From the NCBI RefSeq assembly GCF_004010195.1, contig NC_057751.1:6312598-6348942 (forward strand): a stretch of 36,345 bases of DNA, read 5' to 3'. The position numbers and the translations under genes are program-made. Origin of the DNA: Chiloscyllium plagiosum (Eukaryota). Positions within the stretch are counted from its first letter, which is position 1; each line of letters starts with the position of its first letter. The notes under the pieces were generated by a model. It ran no database searches. It saw only the letters and a list, made by a program, of their open reading frames with translations, and was not told the DNA's origin. Shown here in pieces: positions 1 to 12,647 of the stretch.

Positions 1-455
1 ATTTGAATGGGAAAGTGAGCATTTCCCTCTAGGTTACACTTGGTGTTCATGCTTTGAACAAAGGAGAGCATTTCAAAGTATCACATGATTGACATGAATA
101 GCTCAAAGTGTTTGAAAGGTTCACTTAAAGATGACAAATCCTAGTGTACACAATTCATGTAGTACAAACTGATGACTCTCCTCTCTTCGCCAAATGCGTT
201 TCAAACCTTCCATTCAGAATAATGCAATTTATTTCTTGCTCCTGCATGGCAGTTTTTGATGGTGTCATTCTTTACCTCTTCCACCATCCAGATATTCCTG
301 TAATGTGTGAGTTTCATTTTAGCATAAATCCAGTGGAGACAGTGGTGTAGGGATTATGGTAGATATTTCCAAGCATACATTCTTCTGATATGGCATCAGG
401 CATGAAACAAGCAGAACTGCATTTACTGATCATGACAACGAAAATGTCCAATTTC

Positions 456-664
456 ATCTTTATTCAGCGAGTCGTGAGTTCATGGAATGCCCTGCCAGTA
501 GCAGTGGTGGACTCTCCCTCTTTATTGGCATTTAAGCGGACATTGGATAGGCATTTGGAGGATAGTGGGCTAGTGTAGGTTAGGTGGGCTTGGATCGGCG
601 CAACATCGAGGGCCAAAGGGCCTGTACTGCGCTGTATTTTTTCTATGTTCTATGTTATATGTTC
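456..664 (+). mobile_element. CR1-clade LINE, 5'-truncated 3' end
   Basis: Encodes FIQRVVSSWNALPVAVVDSPSLLAFKRTLDRHL, the typical CR1 ORF2 C-terminus, followed by a short 3' UTR and a (TTCTATG)n-like tail at 641-664. Confidence 0.9.
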
Positions 665-976
665 CATCCCCCACATTTTGCCAAACCCACAAATCCCATG
701 TTTCAAAATAGAGTGATCCTGAAATTTTATGCTTCATCAGATAGCAAAAATATTTATAGACTGCCAAACCATGGCTGACATTAGAATTATATTATGGAGC
801 AATCAAACTCCAGGTCTATCTTAGCTGGAACAAGGATTGAATCCTGCATTGCTGGTGTTGCTCTGATCCATATAGTGGCAATCTAGCTAGCTTAGGTAAT
901 CAACTTCCCACAATTTCAATAACTTTTTCTGGAAGGGGAATACATGTTATTCTTGATGGTCAAAAGGTTAGTGTTC

Positions 977-1076
977 AAAAATAGACTGCAGATGCTGGGA
1001 TCCAAAGTAGACAGGCTGAAGGCTGGAAGATCACAGTAAGGAGGTGGAGAAGTCGACGTTTTGGGTGTAACCCTTC
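977..1076 (-). mobile_element. Penelope-like pseudo-LTR fragment with degenerate hammerhead
   Basis: Shares CTGCAGATGCTGG and GTCGACGTTT motifs with the pLTR at 17712-18041. The minus strand reads a-gggt-tac-accc-AAAAC-GTC-gact. Confidence 0.7.
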
Positions 1077-2898
1077 GGCAGTCTTTTGCTCTGATGTTCT
1101 GCCAGGTGTGGTCAAGTCACTCAATATGTATGGATATGTTTGGAGACACAGTTTGGTCAGGAAATACAATTTTCCGAAGGAACAAATGAGTTTCAGGTGA
1201 ACTCCAGAAAAGGTTATTTCGATACCTCCAACCACCAACCCCCTTTGCAACCCTCCTGCAAGAAAATTGGAGAGGCTGGTAGCCTTTCCTCATAGACTTC
1301 TTGTTCCCTGACTAATTCAAGATGCAAAAGCACACTTCATCATGTCACTGTTTAATTATCCCCTGCAGGGGTCTCAGCAGAACGAGCAGTTTTCACAGGT
1401 CCTATGATTTGTCAGAAGACTTGTAGAAAAAAAATCTCCAAAATCCACAGTGACCCTTCGACAACCTCTTTTAAAGAAACCACTCCAAGTTATTGTCACA
1501 AACGTGAAACCAATCAATTTTTCCACAATTCTTTCAAACTTAAGTCCTCCAGAAATACTAAATATCAAGTGTATTTTTTAACAATAAGTAATGTTCAGCT
1601 GATTAGTGCAATGCAGTTATGTTTTCCTCATGGTATAAATATTCTCCAGTGGTGATTTTCAATGGATGTTGAACCCTGAAATATTAACTACTGGGCTACT
1701 AAGGTGGAGAAATTTCAATGTATTTTTGATGTGAGGTTGCATTAATACTCGGAGTTTTGCTTTGTGTTTCCTTCAGCTTCAGTTCAAAATACCAAGGTTA
1801 GGATTCAGACATTGATTTTGTGTTGGAAAATGTCCCTTACCACAGAGATGCACCTTTGACCCCGGTCAGTGTATTATCTGACGTCAAATATTTGTGATCT
1901 GTTTTGATTTTAGTTCTATCTTAAGCATCTATTTCAGACCAGATGAAAGCTTGTGTTGCCATTGTTGATGAATTATCCCCGTAGTTTTTTGGACATTCAC
2001 AAAAAGAAAGTAATTTGTAATGCCATATCTGAGGGCCCAAATTATTGAATGACTGATAAAAGGCCATTTGAAGGTTATTTTTGCAATATTTGTTGATTTA
2101 TTACACTATATGTATATTAGAGCATAATAATATTGTGACATTACTATTCTTATCCAAAATCAATACAATTCATCATGGGTGTGATGTATTCTGCTGCAAA
2201 GTGAGGAATAGAAATATTGCAATCAGAATATGAGAGAATTGCTTTGAAGGAATCAATATGGGCTGAATTTTACAAAAATCAGTGAAGTGGAAATTTCAGA
2301 GAGTTTCATGGGAATTTTTCTCCTTCAACCCTAATCAGTCTTCTCATGTAATTCTGTGATGCTCACCTCATTATGGATGTACTGTGTCACTGTGGCACTG
2401 TCCTCACACTGTCTTGGCCCATACCAGCAGCAGAATTAGTTACCGCTGACAGTATTTGTGCCACTGACATCATGCTTAAATTGTTGCTGTGCTCATCAGC
2501 CAGCAAGTACCATTCACAATAAGTTGCAGCGCAATTCTGAATGTCATGACTGAGAAAGGGAAGTTGGCCCCCCATTTTTCTGATAGGGACCTGGAAGACC
2601 AGTTGGGTCGGGTGGTGTAGAAGAGTGTGGTCCACTTTGATCAGGATTTTCCGCGAGAGGGGACCATGGTATCAGCCCCTACCAACCTGGTTCTTTGTTG
2701 CCACTTGATTCAGTGTGACATCCATGGTCTGGAGGAATGTTCAGCAATGCAGGAAGAAGGTTAATGGCATTCTCTGCTTCACAAAGATGAGTGCTCCCAA
2801 ATTCTCTCCGTTACTCATTATGAACACAGCTCATGCTACTCCTGGACAAGTGAGATGCCAGAACAAAATCTGACCTGATATTTTGTTTTTCTTGAATT

Positions 2899-3674
2899 TG
2901 ATATGATAGGCTTACACTGAACCAGAATTACACAAGGTGTAGATGTTGGTTTAACAATAAACAGAAGTTTATCACACAAAATTTAAAAAATAGACCAAGC
3001 AATAAAAAGAATACAGTTTGAAACATTTCAAAATACAAAGCAAAAAAATCTCAACTATTCCCTATTGTTAATCAAAATTGAGAGAAATTTCTTCCCTCTC
3101 AAATCTGATGGGTTGACTAAACCGTTTATTCTCATTTCTGGTCCTGTGAGCTGTGAAGCCTTTTCCCTGGAATATTCATATAGCTGAGAGCTTAGAATTT
3201 CTTGGTCTTTGAATTATCTGCAGATTTAAAACCAAACATTTTCAGTCTGTAAGTTTCATAAACTAAACTCTTGCCTTGAGGTAACTTATTCTGCGATTGT
3301 TCTGAAGTCTTCTTCATTCTAGGAAAGATTGTACTGGCATCTTACATCAACTAGGCCTTCTTCAAACTGCATAAAAGCTTTTCCATCTCTACACTTTTCT
3401 AAGCTAAAAACAATCCTTGCTTAATCTAATCTCAGAAGCTGGTTCATATCTTTCAATGTTTTTTCTTTCTTAAACCCCAATAATATTAACAAACTTCCAT
3501 TGGCACCTCTGGAGGCTGTTCCCTGATTCATGTTCATTTAAGTTGTGGTTCCAAGAAGACTGAAATTAATTTCAAACCCTTTCACAAAAGTAGAACAATA
3601 CCCATATGTCACTAGCTCAAAATCCAAATTCGAAAGAAAAATCAAATTTTTTATATATTTATATGTTAATCACA
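2899..3674. mobile_element. Putative solo LTR
   Basis: TG...CA termini flanked by a 5-bp direct repeat GAATT (2894-2898 and 3675-3679). Non-coding; family not recognised. Confidence 0.45.
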
Positions 3675-4890
3675 GAATTTTAATCAGGTACCTGACACTC
3701 AAACCATGCTACTGCACCTTACTTTCTGTCAGGTTGTAATTACAACATGCAGCAACTTGCCTCACTTGCTGTTAACTCTCCCTCCTCCCTCCATCACTTA
3801 CACAGCATTAGCTCTGGATGCCTTCTCTGCTTCTGAACCACTCTCTTGGAACACCTCACCATATTTCCCCAACCTGTCCCAGCAGTAACAGCTATTTCTC
3901 TCATTCCAGGAGAAAAGAGCCCACAATAGGGTAGGGCACCAAACCAGTCGGGGGTGGGTGTGGGGGGGATTGTGACGACCTGATATGCACTTCCTCATCC
4001 TCTGTGTGCAGAGTCCTTGTCTGATTGGGAAAGGATCGTGACCACTCAAGTGATGATGCCAAAACCTTTCTGTCTTGGTTATCGAGCATGGTAATACATT
4101 GTGAAGTGCTGAGCTGCTCTCCCACTATGTACATTGTGAATGTACTCATAACACCCCTGAACTTGTACCCCTATTTTGCAACTCATTCCCTCTCTTGCCT
4201 CCTGTCACCACCAGCACAGTGTACGTGCTAAAAGAAACCAGCTTCTCAGGCCACCATCTCCCACTCCACCTCTGAAGAAGACAGAGACCCTTCAGGGAAA
4301 GTACCAGCTAGCAATTTCTTGTGCCCTGAACCAGCTCAGACATTCACACCTTGTCAGATACTTCAGCTAGATTAGAGTTGAGAGCATGTGACTGGCATAA
4401 GGCTAAACAAGGATGAAACATCATTGGTCACTGGCACTCAGAGGACCTCCTGCTCAGCCCCAGGCAGAAGCTGACCCCATGGTGTTACTCATCAATAACT
4501 TTTGTCAAATTCACACAAAGATCGGAGCAGCACATATGTCAGTTAAAGATACTTGGGAAACTGGATTGAAGTTTAGAGGAGTCTATCAGCAGCATCTGTA
4601 CTGTGCTGTCTCCGGCTTGTGTGTGCTGGATTTCTCTATGGATAGGCTGGCAGCTGATTTGAGCACAAAGGTACAATATACTCAGTTTGCTGGATATATG
4701 CAAAGACATACACTTCACACCAACAGCAAAGTAAGAAGGGACTGAGGGATCTTGACCTCTCTCTCGTGCCTTTTTGTCACCAAGAATGGCACCAAGATGG
4801 TGCTGGGACACAGCCAGATGGAGGAACAGCTCCCTCTACAGATTTAGAAGGCAATATTCCATTTGAGCCAATGGTGTGGACATTGTATAG

Positions 4891-5013
4891 GAGAAAGTGA
4901 GGTCTGCAGATGCTGGAGATCAGAGCTGGAAATGTGTTGCTGGAAAAGCGCAGCAGGTCAGGCAGCATCCAGGGAACAGGAGAATCGACGTTTCGGGCAT
5001 AAGCCCTTCTTCA
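4891..5013 (-). mobile_element. Short Penelope pLTR insertion with 13-bp target-site duplication
   Basis: Highly similar to 17712-17840. Flanked by GGACATTGTATAG at 4878-4890 and 5014-5026, with the repeat overlapping the element ends by 2-3 nt. Confidence 0.9.
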
Positions 5014-5016
5014 GGA
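4983..5016 (-). ncRNA. Minimal type I hammerhead ribozyme motif
   Basis: Minus strand: tc-CTGAAGA-a-gggc-ttat-gccc-GAAAC-GTC-gatt. Core intact, 4-bp stem II, ACGU palindromic stem III, short stem I. Confidence 0.75.
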
Positions 5017-5523
5017 CATTGTATAGTCAAATGAAGAGTCCCAGTGCCTTATGCAAGTTATAAAACCTTGGAAGATGATTGTGAGTTTTGGGATTGAGTT
5101 TTTATAGCTCACCTGACATTAGTTCTGCTTGAGAGCAGTAGGATTCATTTCAAATGCTCAATTATATGGTGAAGGATGCTCGTGGCCAGGATTGGAATGT
5201 CGTCTGACTTGGAGGAGAACTTGGAGATTTTGGTTTTGCTTTGCACTTGCTTTCATTATTCTTTTAGGCCATCAAGATCCAGGTTTTGACCTGGGGATTG
5301 GGGTTGGTTGCTAGTGAAGGAGCCCTGACAAATTGTAAGTGTTACACACAGCGACAGCTTTGCACTGGCAGTAAAATGACTCAATGTTTCAGTTGCTGGA
5401 TAGGATGCTCTTCAAGCATTTTAATGGAGATTTAACCAAGTGAGGGGACAGGTAGCTTTTAAAATCCTCAGTGCATGCTGAATAAATTTTTCTGAATCTA
5501 TATAAACTCGAGACCAGGCACAC

Positions 5524-5721
5524 TGTCATGATTTGAACCAGGTGGACCTCGTTAACCTGGATCAATCAGGAGACACTGGCTAACCAGTTTTAACAAGAGA
5601 TTTATAATCTTCTCAGTCCAGGGGACTGACTCGAAGCTGACTAACCACAGCTAGTACACTGTGCACAAGTAAATAAAACGTGACTTGCTGACAGGATGCC
5701 AGCCTCTGTGCAGTTGCTTCA
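5524..5721 (+). mobile_element. Short solo-LTR-like element
   Basis: TG...CA termini, internal AATAAA, and a near-perfect 5-bp flanking repeat CACAC/CAGAC. Its 3' part recurs inverted at 7786-7885. Confidence 0.6.
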
Positions 5722-7785
5722 CAGACCTTTCCGATATTTTAGTTTGCTCCTGTTGTTGGTATCAATGCACATTATAGATGTCATTGAACATTGGAAACCT
5801 ACTCAAGTTCAGAAATGGATTATAGGGAGGATCGCTAGTATTGAGTCAGGAGATAAATTAGATCTGACTGTCAGCTGGACTCCTTCAGGCCAAATGGAAC
5901 TGATTGCTTCTCCTCCTGCAGTTTAAAATGGAGGGTGCAACTTCTGTACGCTTTGGAAGGTTGAGGAACAGAGGAAAGCATTGCTTCACTTTTGAAACCA
6001 TGGACTCAAAGAGTGATTTGAGCATAAAAATGAGGCCATTTGGCCCATCCCCTTCATGCCAGCTCTCCATAGCGCAAAACAGTCAGCCACATTTGCTCCT
6101 CCATTTTTTCGACCTGAGCAACTTTACTTCTGTGAAGCACCAATCCAATTTCCCATTTACAATCTTGTTATCTTTTCTGAATTGCTGTAGCTCACTGTGG
6201 ATTGTGAAATGTTTCATTATTTATCAATGAAATGTGGGTGACCCTGTCTCAGCCATTCACAATTCCCTTGGGAAGCTGGTGATGGTGATGAACTGCCTTC
6301 TTGAAGTGACGCAGTCCATGTATACTAAGTACAAACACATTGCTTACAGTGCTGCTGATGTTTAAGGCCAACATCTAGTACCACAGAACGATGAGTGAAA
6401 GTCAGTTCCCAGTCTCCTGATTCCAGGTGCTGTGATTGTAGTGGAGGTGTCAACTGTAGGTCAAACAACACCTTTTTGGAAGGAGGGAGGGTGAGTTGAC
6501 TGTTGCACTTGTGTGACATTTGAAAAGAAATGGCATCCTGTTTCAAGATCACTCATGTCCATGCTGATCTCAACAAATGCCAATTTCAGCCATCTGTTCT
6601 AGTTTCACTCAGGTGGCAGTGCTCCTCGACCTCTGGATCTGCAGTTTCTAGGTCAGATTGGACAGTTAAGTATGCAATCCAGGCTGTGGATTCAATCCAG
6701 TCCTCCAGGAACTCTGTATTGTCAGAAATTACATGTTTTGCAGTTGTTAAACTGAGAATAACTATTCCATTCGATGTTGAAGAATCCATTCTGACAGAAC
6801 TCCCCATTTATCTTGGCAAAGCTTTTTCCTTCAACTCACTGTAACAAATTATGGTTGAAATTATCACTAGTAATCAAAGTTTTTTTGATATTAATGAGCT
6901 AGTGTGGTTCCATGTTTGCCTCCAAACTTGAAATCTTTTGGAACATTGCAACAGCATAGTAGGACATTTTAGAAAAAGCTCATTTTTTTTTACACTCAAG
7001 TCCCAAGTGAGTGCTAAAATTTCAGAAGGCATTGACAGCTGATGGAATTGTCTCAGGGCATTGCAAAAGACGATACTTCCCAAATAATTTCCCACCGTAA
7101 CCCCCGTCTTGAGACTTAAAAATTGTTCAGGCCTCAGTCGGAGACTGCAGGCCTTTTCGAGTCAGAGCTCCCAGCCCAAAAATTGCAGCTCTCAACTCCA
7201 TTTGGGGATCTGACCCTTTCCTTTCTGAAGCCCTGGCTAAAAGGGAGCATTGCATTATCAGCCAGGGTGCACTTTGAATTGCATTGAACTCACTGCTTGA
7301 TTTATGATTTTTGTTGTGGATACACAATGCCTTATTGCGGCATTTCACTTTTTTTTCCACAGCTCTCACTGACCTTTGTAGATTTACATTCTTAGGTTAG
7401 AGAAGCGTGGTTTATTTTCCCTGGGTGTCCTTATCGTTGTCATGGTAAATGGTAGATTTGCCTCCTTCTCATTTGCTAATTTCTGATTTTGCTCTCATCA
7501 TAAACCTGAGATCATTCAGCACCCTGCAGCTTGCATTCTCAGTCACACAAAGTCCAAATCACACATTAAATTGGAGCTTGCTGGGATACATTTGCTACTA
7601 GTTTGGCAAAATTTCAATTTTAAAATGATCCATTTGCTTTCAATGGCCTTAGTCTTCCTGATCTCTGAAGCATCAGCAATACAGTCATTTGAGATATGTG
7701 CTTTCCTTTAATTCAGTGTTGCACATATCCGCTTGTAATTCTTTTGGTATTGGCAGACATAGCTTTCTGACCTTCTCTGCTGCTT

Positions 7786-7885
7786 TGAATAACTCCACAG
7801 AGGCTGGTATCCATCACCCAGTCACCCTTTATTTACACATGAACAGTCCTTGACTTCAGTCGTACCTCATCCAGAGTCAGCAACC
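7786..7885 (-). mobile_element. Partial copy of the short LTR-like family at 5524-5721
   Basis: Reverse complement gtaaataaagggtgactgggtgatggataccagcctctgtggagttattca matches 5669-5721. It abuts a CR1 tail. Confidence 0.6.
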
Positions 7886-8115
7886 AGAGTCATAGAGTCA
7901 TACGGCATGGAAACAGACCCCTCGGTCCAACTCGTCCACACCTATCATGTTCCCATTTGACAGGAGTCCCACTTGCCTGAGTTTGGCCCGTATCTCTCCA
8001 AACCTTACCTACTCATGTATTTATCCAAATGTCTTTTAAATGTTGTAGCTGTACCTGATCTACCATTTTGTCTGGCAGTTCATTCCACAAATGAACCACC
8101 CAGTGCGGAACAAGT
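7886..8115 (-). mobile_element. CR1 LINE 3' end
   Basis: (AGAGTCAT)n tail seen on the + strand. The minus strand carries the WNELP-type ORF2 end, similar to 28122-28613. Confidence 0.85.
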
Positions 8116-8144
8116 TCTTTTACTGTAAATTCTGTGACCGATAA

Positions 8145-8249
8145 TTCTGCCCACTAGCTACCTAATGAAGGAGCAGCGTTTCGAAAGCTTGTATTTCCAA
8201 ATAAACCTGTTGGACTAAAACTTGGTGTTGTGTGATTTTCAACTTTGTA
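8145..8249 (+). mobile_element. Penelope-like pLTR fragment (AGCU-type hammerhead family)
   Basis: tac-CTAATGA-a-ggagc-agc-gtttc-GAAA-GCTT-gta at 8159-8193, followed by aataaacctgttggact...gtgttgtgtgatttt shared with 18781-18900 and 29525-29720. Confidence 0.75.
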
Positions 8250-8439
8250 GATACTCCACGTCACTAATCAGTAAATAGACCAAAGTTCAAGTAAAGGCAA
8301 TGGAGGATTGTTGGAAGCAAACTGTAATGCTAACTCCCTGCCACATACTGAGAAAGCTGGCAAATACTACAAGATGCCAGAAATGATCACCTTGCAAAAT
8401 ACAACAGTTTTCATACACCTTAATTCTTATTTGTACAAT

Positions 8440-8660
8440 TTTGACAAAAAGTGAAGAAGTTTCTCCTAATCTATTTGCCAATATTTTCCCCTCGGCAAGC
8501 ACTAGTTAAGTAGTCACCCAGTTTCTGGGATATTGCCGTGCACAGACTGATTACTATGTTTTCTAGTTTACAACATTGATAATACTTCACAACTATTTAA
8601 GAGTTGTGAATACTTTGTGGCAGCCTGGAGGTCTTGAAAGCTGCTCAATAAGTGTAAATA
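8440..8660 (+). mobile_element. Old DeuSINE (SacSINE1-like) 3' half
   Basis: Degenerate ttctcc...gccaatattttcccctc...ttgccgtgcaca motifs shared with 17160-17435 and 33175-33553. Confidence 0.5.
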
Positions 8661-9724
8661 TGTATTTTCATCACCTATTTGAGTGTGACCTTCTTTTCAC
8701 TTTTGGAGAAGGATACTTTCAACTTGTCCTTGCATGGACAACACTTTGATTCCAGTCACAATTTCTAGTTCTATAAAGCCATATATTCTATCACACCTTT
8801 AAGCACGCTATCATTGAAAACAATGAGGTGTGAAACTAAACAATAAATCTTCAGAATGGCCAAATGCTGCCTCAAACTCACATTCAGCAGTCCTTCTATC
8901 TGATGGTTAAAGTTGCAGTTTGAAAACTGCCAGTAGCTTTACAGCTCATACTCCACTTGTAGTTTTATTAACATGTTAACCCTTTCAATATCAGATTGCC
9001 CTTTGCAGCTTTTAAAATGTGACCACTGCAACATCAGCAGAAATGATTTTCTCATGTTTGGCGTCAAATGTAAAATTGAAAGAGAACGGGAAAACAAGGT
9101 GTAGCATCCGTTAGCTGGTTATGCAGTTTTAATCACAGTCTCAAACAAGCAGTTAAGTTATCCCATGTTATATAGTGTTAATAATCCAGTAATTCCACTT
9201 CTTGAATTTCATGATTTTACTGGGAAAACAAACCCAAAAAAATGCACACCAGATCAGGTAACAAAGACAAAAACAAGTCAACGTTTCTCGTGTGATAAAT
9301 ATTCGCTGAAAAATATTACCATTTCTCATCTTCCACAGATGCTGCTTGACCTCCTGCATTTTCCAGGATCTTTGTTCCTTTTGTGCATTCCTGTGAATCT
9401 TGTGGTGGTATTGTTCTGTGCCAATTACAAAACCATTACCTCTTGCAGTTTTCAATCAATCTCATTTTATCCTTCACTTTGACCTGTTTATCAGAGGCTG
9501 TAGTTCAGATTTACTGAGACCACAATGCAGAATGGAAATAAAATAATGGACAGTTGGGGAGCAAAGTGTTGTAAATTTAATCTTTGGTGTCAGATGGAAT
9601 ATAGAAACCACAGGAGTTTCACTCTCTTGATTTATAAATCCACATGAATCACTCAATTTTCATGGTGAAGTTCATGGAAGATAGGCTGGAATCAGTGTTA
9701 TAGTCTGATATAGTCTATATAATT

Positions 9725-10230
9725 ATAGAACAGTGCAACACACAAAGAAAACCATTCAGCCCATCAAATCTGTTTCAGCCCTTTCAAACACCAATCCAGT
9801 TTGTCCATTTCCTGGCTTTGTCTCCATAACCCGACAATCTATTCTCATAGAGTCATACAGCATGGTCCAACTCATCTGCACCGATCAGATATCTCAATTT
9901 GACCTTGTCCCATTTTCCAGCATTTGGCCCATTTCCCTCTAAACCCTTCCTATTCATATACCTGTCAAGATCTTTCCCAAATTTACACAATTCCCTTTTG
10001 AAGGCGAATGTTTCTATTTCCACCATTCAATCAGCCAAAGCATTATAAATCCACAACATTCATTACGCACAATTAGTTTTGCTTATGTTGCCTCTAATTC
10101 ATTTGTTAACTGCTTGAAAACTGTGCTCTCCATTTGTTTGTATTTCAGCTAATGGAGATAGTTCCACTCTTTTACTCTCGAAAATTTCCTTCATAGTTTT
10201 CAAAGCCTCTCTCAAAGTTCCAGTTAATTG
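9725..10230 (-). mobile_element. Old CR1 3' remnant with a younger CR1 tail nested at ~9845-9970
   Basis: 9845-9970 is the reverse complement of the 3' UTR at ~28470-28613. The flanks show degenerate CR1 3' features. Confidence 0.65.
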
Positions 10231-10285
10231 GAAACTACTCATGCAACCTGATGTTCAAGAACAGAGGACGACAACAGGAACATCC

Positions 10286-10580
10286 GGGCAGCACGGTGGC
10301 ACAGTGGTTAGCACTGCTGCTTCACAGCACCAGAGACCCGGGTTCAATTCCCGCCTCAGGCAACTGTCTGTGTGGAATTTGCACATTCTCCCCGTCTCTG
10401 CGTGGGGTTGCTCCCGTTTCCTCCCACAGTCCAAAGATGTGCAGGTTAGGTGAATTAGCCATGCTAAATTGTCTGTAGTGTTAGGTGAAGGAGCAAATGT
10501 AAGGGAATGGGTCTGGGTGGGTTGCTCAATGGAGGGTCAGTGTGGACTTGTTGTTTCTACACTGTAAGTAATCTAATCTA
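10286..10580 (+). mobile_element. tRNA-derived V-SINE (HE1-like)
   Basis: Pol III A box TGGCACAGTGG, B box GGTTCAATTCC, central TTTCCTCCCACAGTCCAAAGA core and (AATCT)n tail. Near-identical to the inverted copy at 31809-32114. Confidence 0.92.
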
Positions 10581-11122
10581 AAAATTCAGTTCATCCAACA
10601 TCTGTCATTGAGAAATGCTAGAACAAAGAACAGTACAGCACAGGGACAAGTCCTTTGGCCTGACACTTAATGATTTTCTAAACCAAAAACCTTTTGCCTT
10701 AATGTGGTCAGTATGGCTTTGCTGCCTGCCTCTTCATGTGCCAAGCCACTCACCATGCTGACTTGGAAACATCCGTTACTTCACTGCCACTGGGTCAGAA
10801 TCCTGAAATTGACTCCATAATGGCATTGTGTGTCAGCCTACGGCACATGTTTTTCAAAAACAAATGAGGTGTTCCCATTTTACTTAAAAAGTTAGATTAA
10901 AATGAAGTTCAGTAGCAAACTGCAGTGGGACTATCAGTGCATAAATGGCTAACAGTTAGGATACCGTTCAATAAGACTGCAACAAGAGCAGACCAAGCAG
11001 CTGGCTTTATTTCCAGTGGGATCAAATTCAAAAGCAAACTCATATCAAACCCTTGTTAGGATATACATGAAATGCCATGTGGTACCTCTGTCACCATACC
11101 ATAAGGACTATATCGTTTTTCT

Positions 11123-11815
11123 TGTTAGTATTGGTAATTATGGACTGAAATGGGGAAAAACAACTTTAAAATTGTGATCATGGAAGGAATTGCTATACTT
11201 TAAAACTAAAGTTTCTGAATGTGTGTGGTGTTTACAGTGATGCTTTGTTCAAATTATGGGGTAGCTATTTGTCAATGGCCCAGTAGCAGGAAAATGTAAC
11301 TTGGCCACATCAAGAAGATGATTGTTGCAGTTGTGTCTAATCATGGATGCACAAGATGATAACTCTCTGATTGGTTCTTGGGAAGCTGAATAGTTTGTGA
11401 GTGTGAAGAAAACAATGAGAAGACCTCAGAGCGCTGGAAGGGGAGGTGGTGTCTCTCTTAAAAATATCTCACCAGCAAATCCTGTGGACAAGTTGTTATT
11501 GAATGTGGATCCCATGTTTTCTCCCCTCCACCCATAAAACCCATTTATTTTGGTGGCTTGTGTCAATCTGCACGGGTGTTTGGGTAGTTTTAAGAGGGCA
11601 TTAGAATTTTAATCAGTAGAACCATATGATCTCAGTTCAAAGCTGTATCTTTGTCATTAGAAAAGTATATTCGGTTGCTATCTTCTGTTCAGTTGATTAC
11701 AACAGACAAGTGAATCTGGGACTTTACATGTTTTGATTAAGTCATTCACTTTTGTGGCAACCCCAGGAGTAATGGGGTTTGAGAATCAGTGCACTTTCCC
11801 AAGTGTTTCGTGACA
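11123..11815. mobile_element. Possible solo LTR inside a CR1 remnant
   Basis: TGTTA...TGACA termini with CR1-like sequence on both flanks. The TSD is only a 3/5 match. Confidence 0.3.
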
Positions 11816-12063
11816 GTTATAAAGAGGAGATTTGGGGAAGGGGAGAAGGCAGGGGCATGTAGTCAAAGTGGGAAGTCCTTTCAGAGAGTTGACACAGTTT
11901 GATGATTAAAACATGTTGTGAAGTTATGTAAAATGCCCATTTAGAAAACTAACGAGAATTAGTGGGCTCAGTGGTTTGCGCTGCTGCTTCACAGTAACAG
12001 AGACCCAAATTTGATTCCAGCCTTAGGTTAGTGTGCAACCTCCACACAGACATTCTCCTCATA

Positions 12064-12162
12064 GAGGAGAAAGTGAGCACTGCAGTTGGTGGAGATCAGA
12101 GTTGAGAGTATGGTTCTGGAAAAGTACAGCAGGTCAGGTTGCGTCCAAGGAGCAGGAGAATC
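12064..12162 (-). mobile_element. Penelope pLTR fragment beginning at the predicted hammerhead cleavage site
   Basis: Aligns to 4889-4986 and stops at GGAGAATC, lacking the GACGTTTC... hammerhead portion. It sits next to a degenerate SINE head (~11962-12060). Confidence 0.8.
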
Positions 12163-12647
12163 CCCTCACCATTCCTGATATGTATGTGTGTGGATCAATA
12201 TAGATCCATTCATCAAGAAGTGCTTTAAACCCAAATTGCTCGGGTAAAGGATAATTCACTGAGCCATTGGACCATCCAGTCTCAAGTGGACTAAGATAGA
12301 TGCTGAGGTTTTGGAAGGAGCAGATGTATTACCTCACGAGATCTTTTTCTTCCTGCCCTCTTTTAGCCATTCCAACTGATTCTGTTATTTGAGACTACTG
12401 TTCATCTTTAATTTGTACTATTTCTTCGTTAAAATTATTCATATCACATCACTGATCAAATTGAAGCAAAATTACTTTGTGCACAAAGCTAATACAGTTT
12501 ATTTAAAATACATTAGCATTCAAAGTGTGTATGCTATGATTGTTTTCTGATCATATACTGGAGACCTTTGGGTAACACATGGAGAGACGGAGAAGTGTCG
12601 TGGATCAGAGTTGAGTTCAATGCTGTAACCATTTAGCATATATAATA

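Noticed and set aside
2260..2876. Possible Harbinger-like element with GGGCTGAATTTT start
   Set aside because: The right terminal repeat is too degenerate and there is no convincing TSD.
9270..9390. Very eroded pLTR-like piece (cacagatgctgcttgacctcctgcattttccag)
   Set aside because: Probably PLE-derived, but no hammerhead can be read reliably, so it was left out of the count.
10241..10478. Recurring VAQWLALL...RDPGSIP peptides (also at 14.4 kb and 31.9 kb) and tRNA-like A/B boxes
   Set aside because: These are translations of SINE copies. The heads are tRNA-derived SINE promoters, not tRNA genes.
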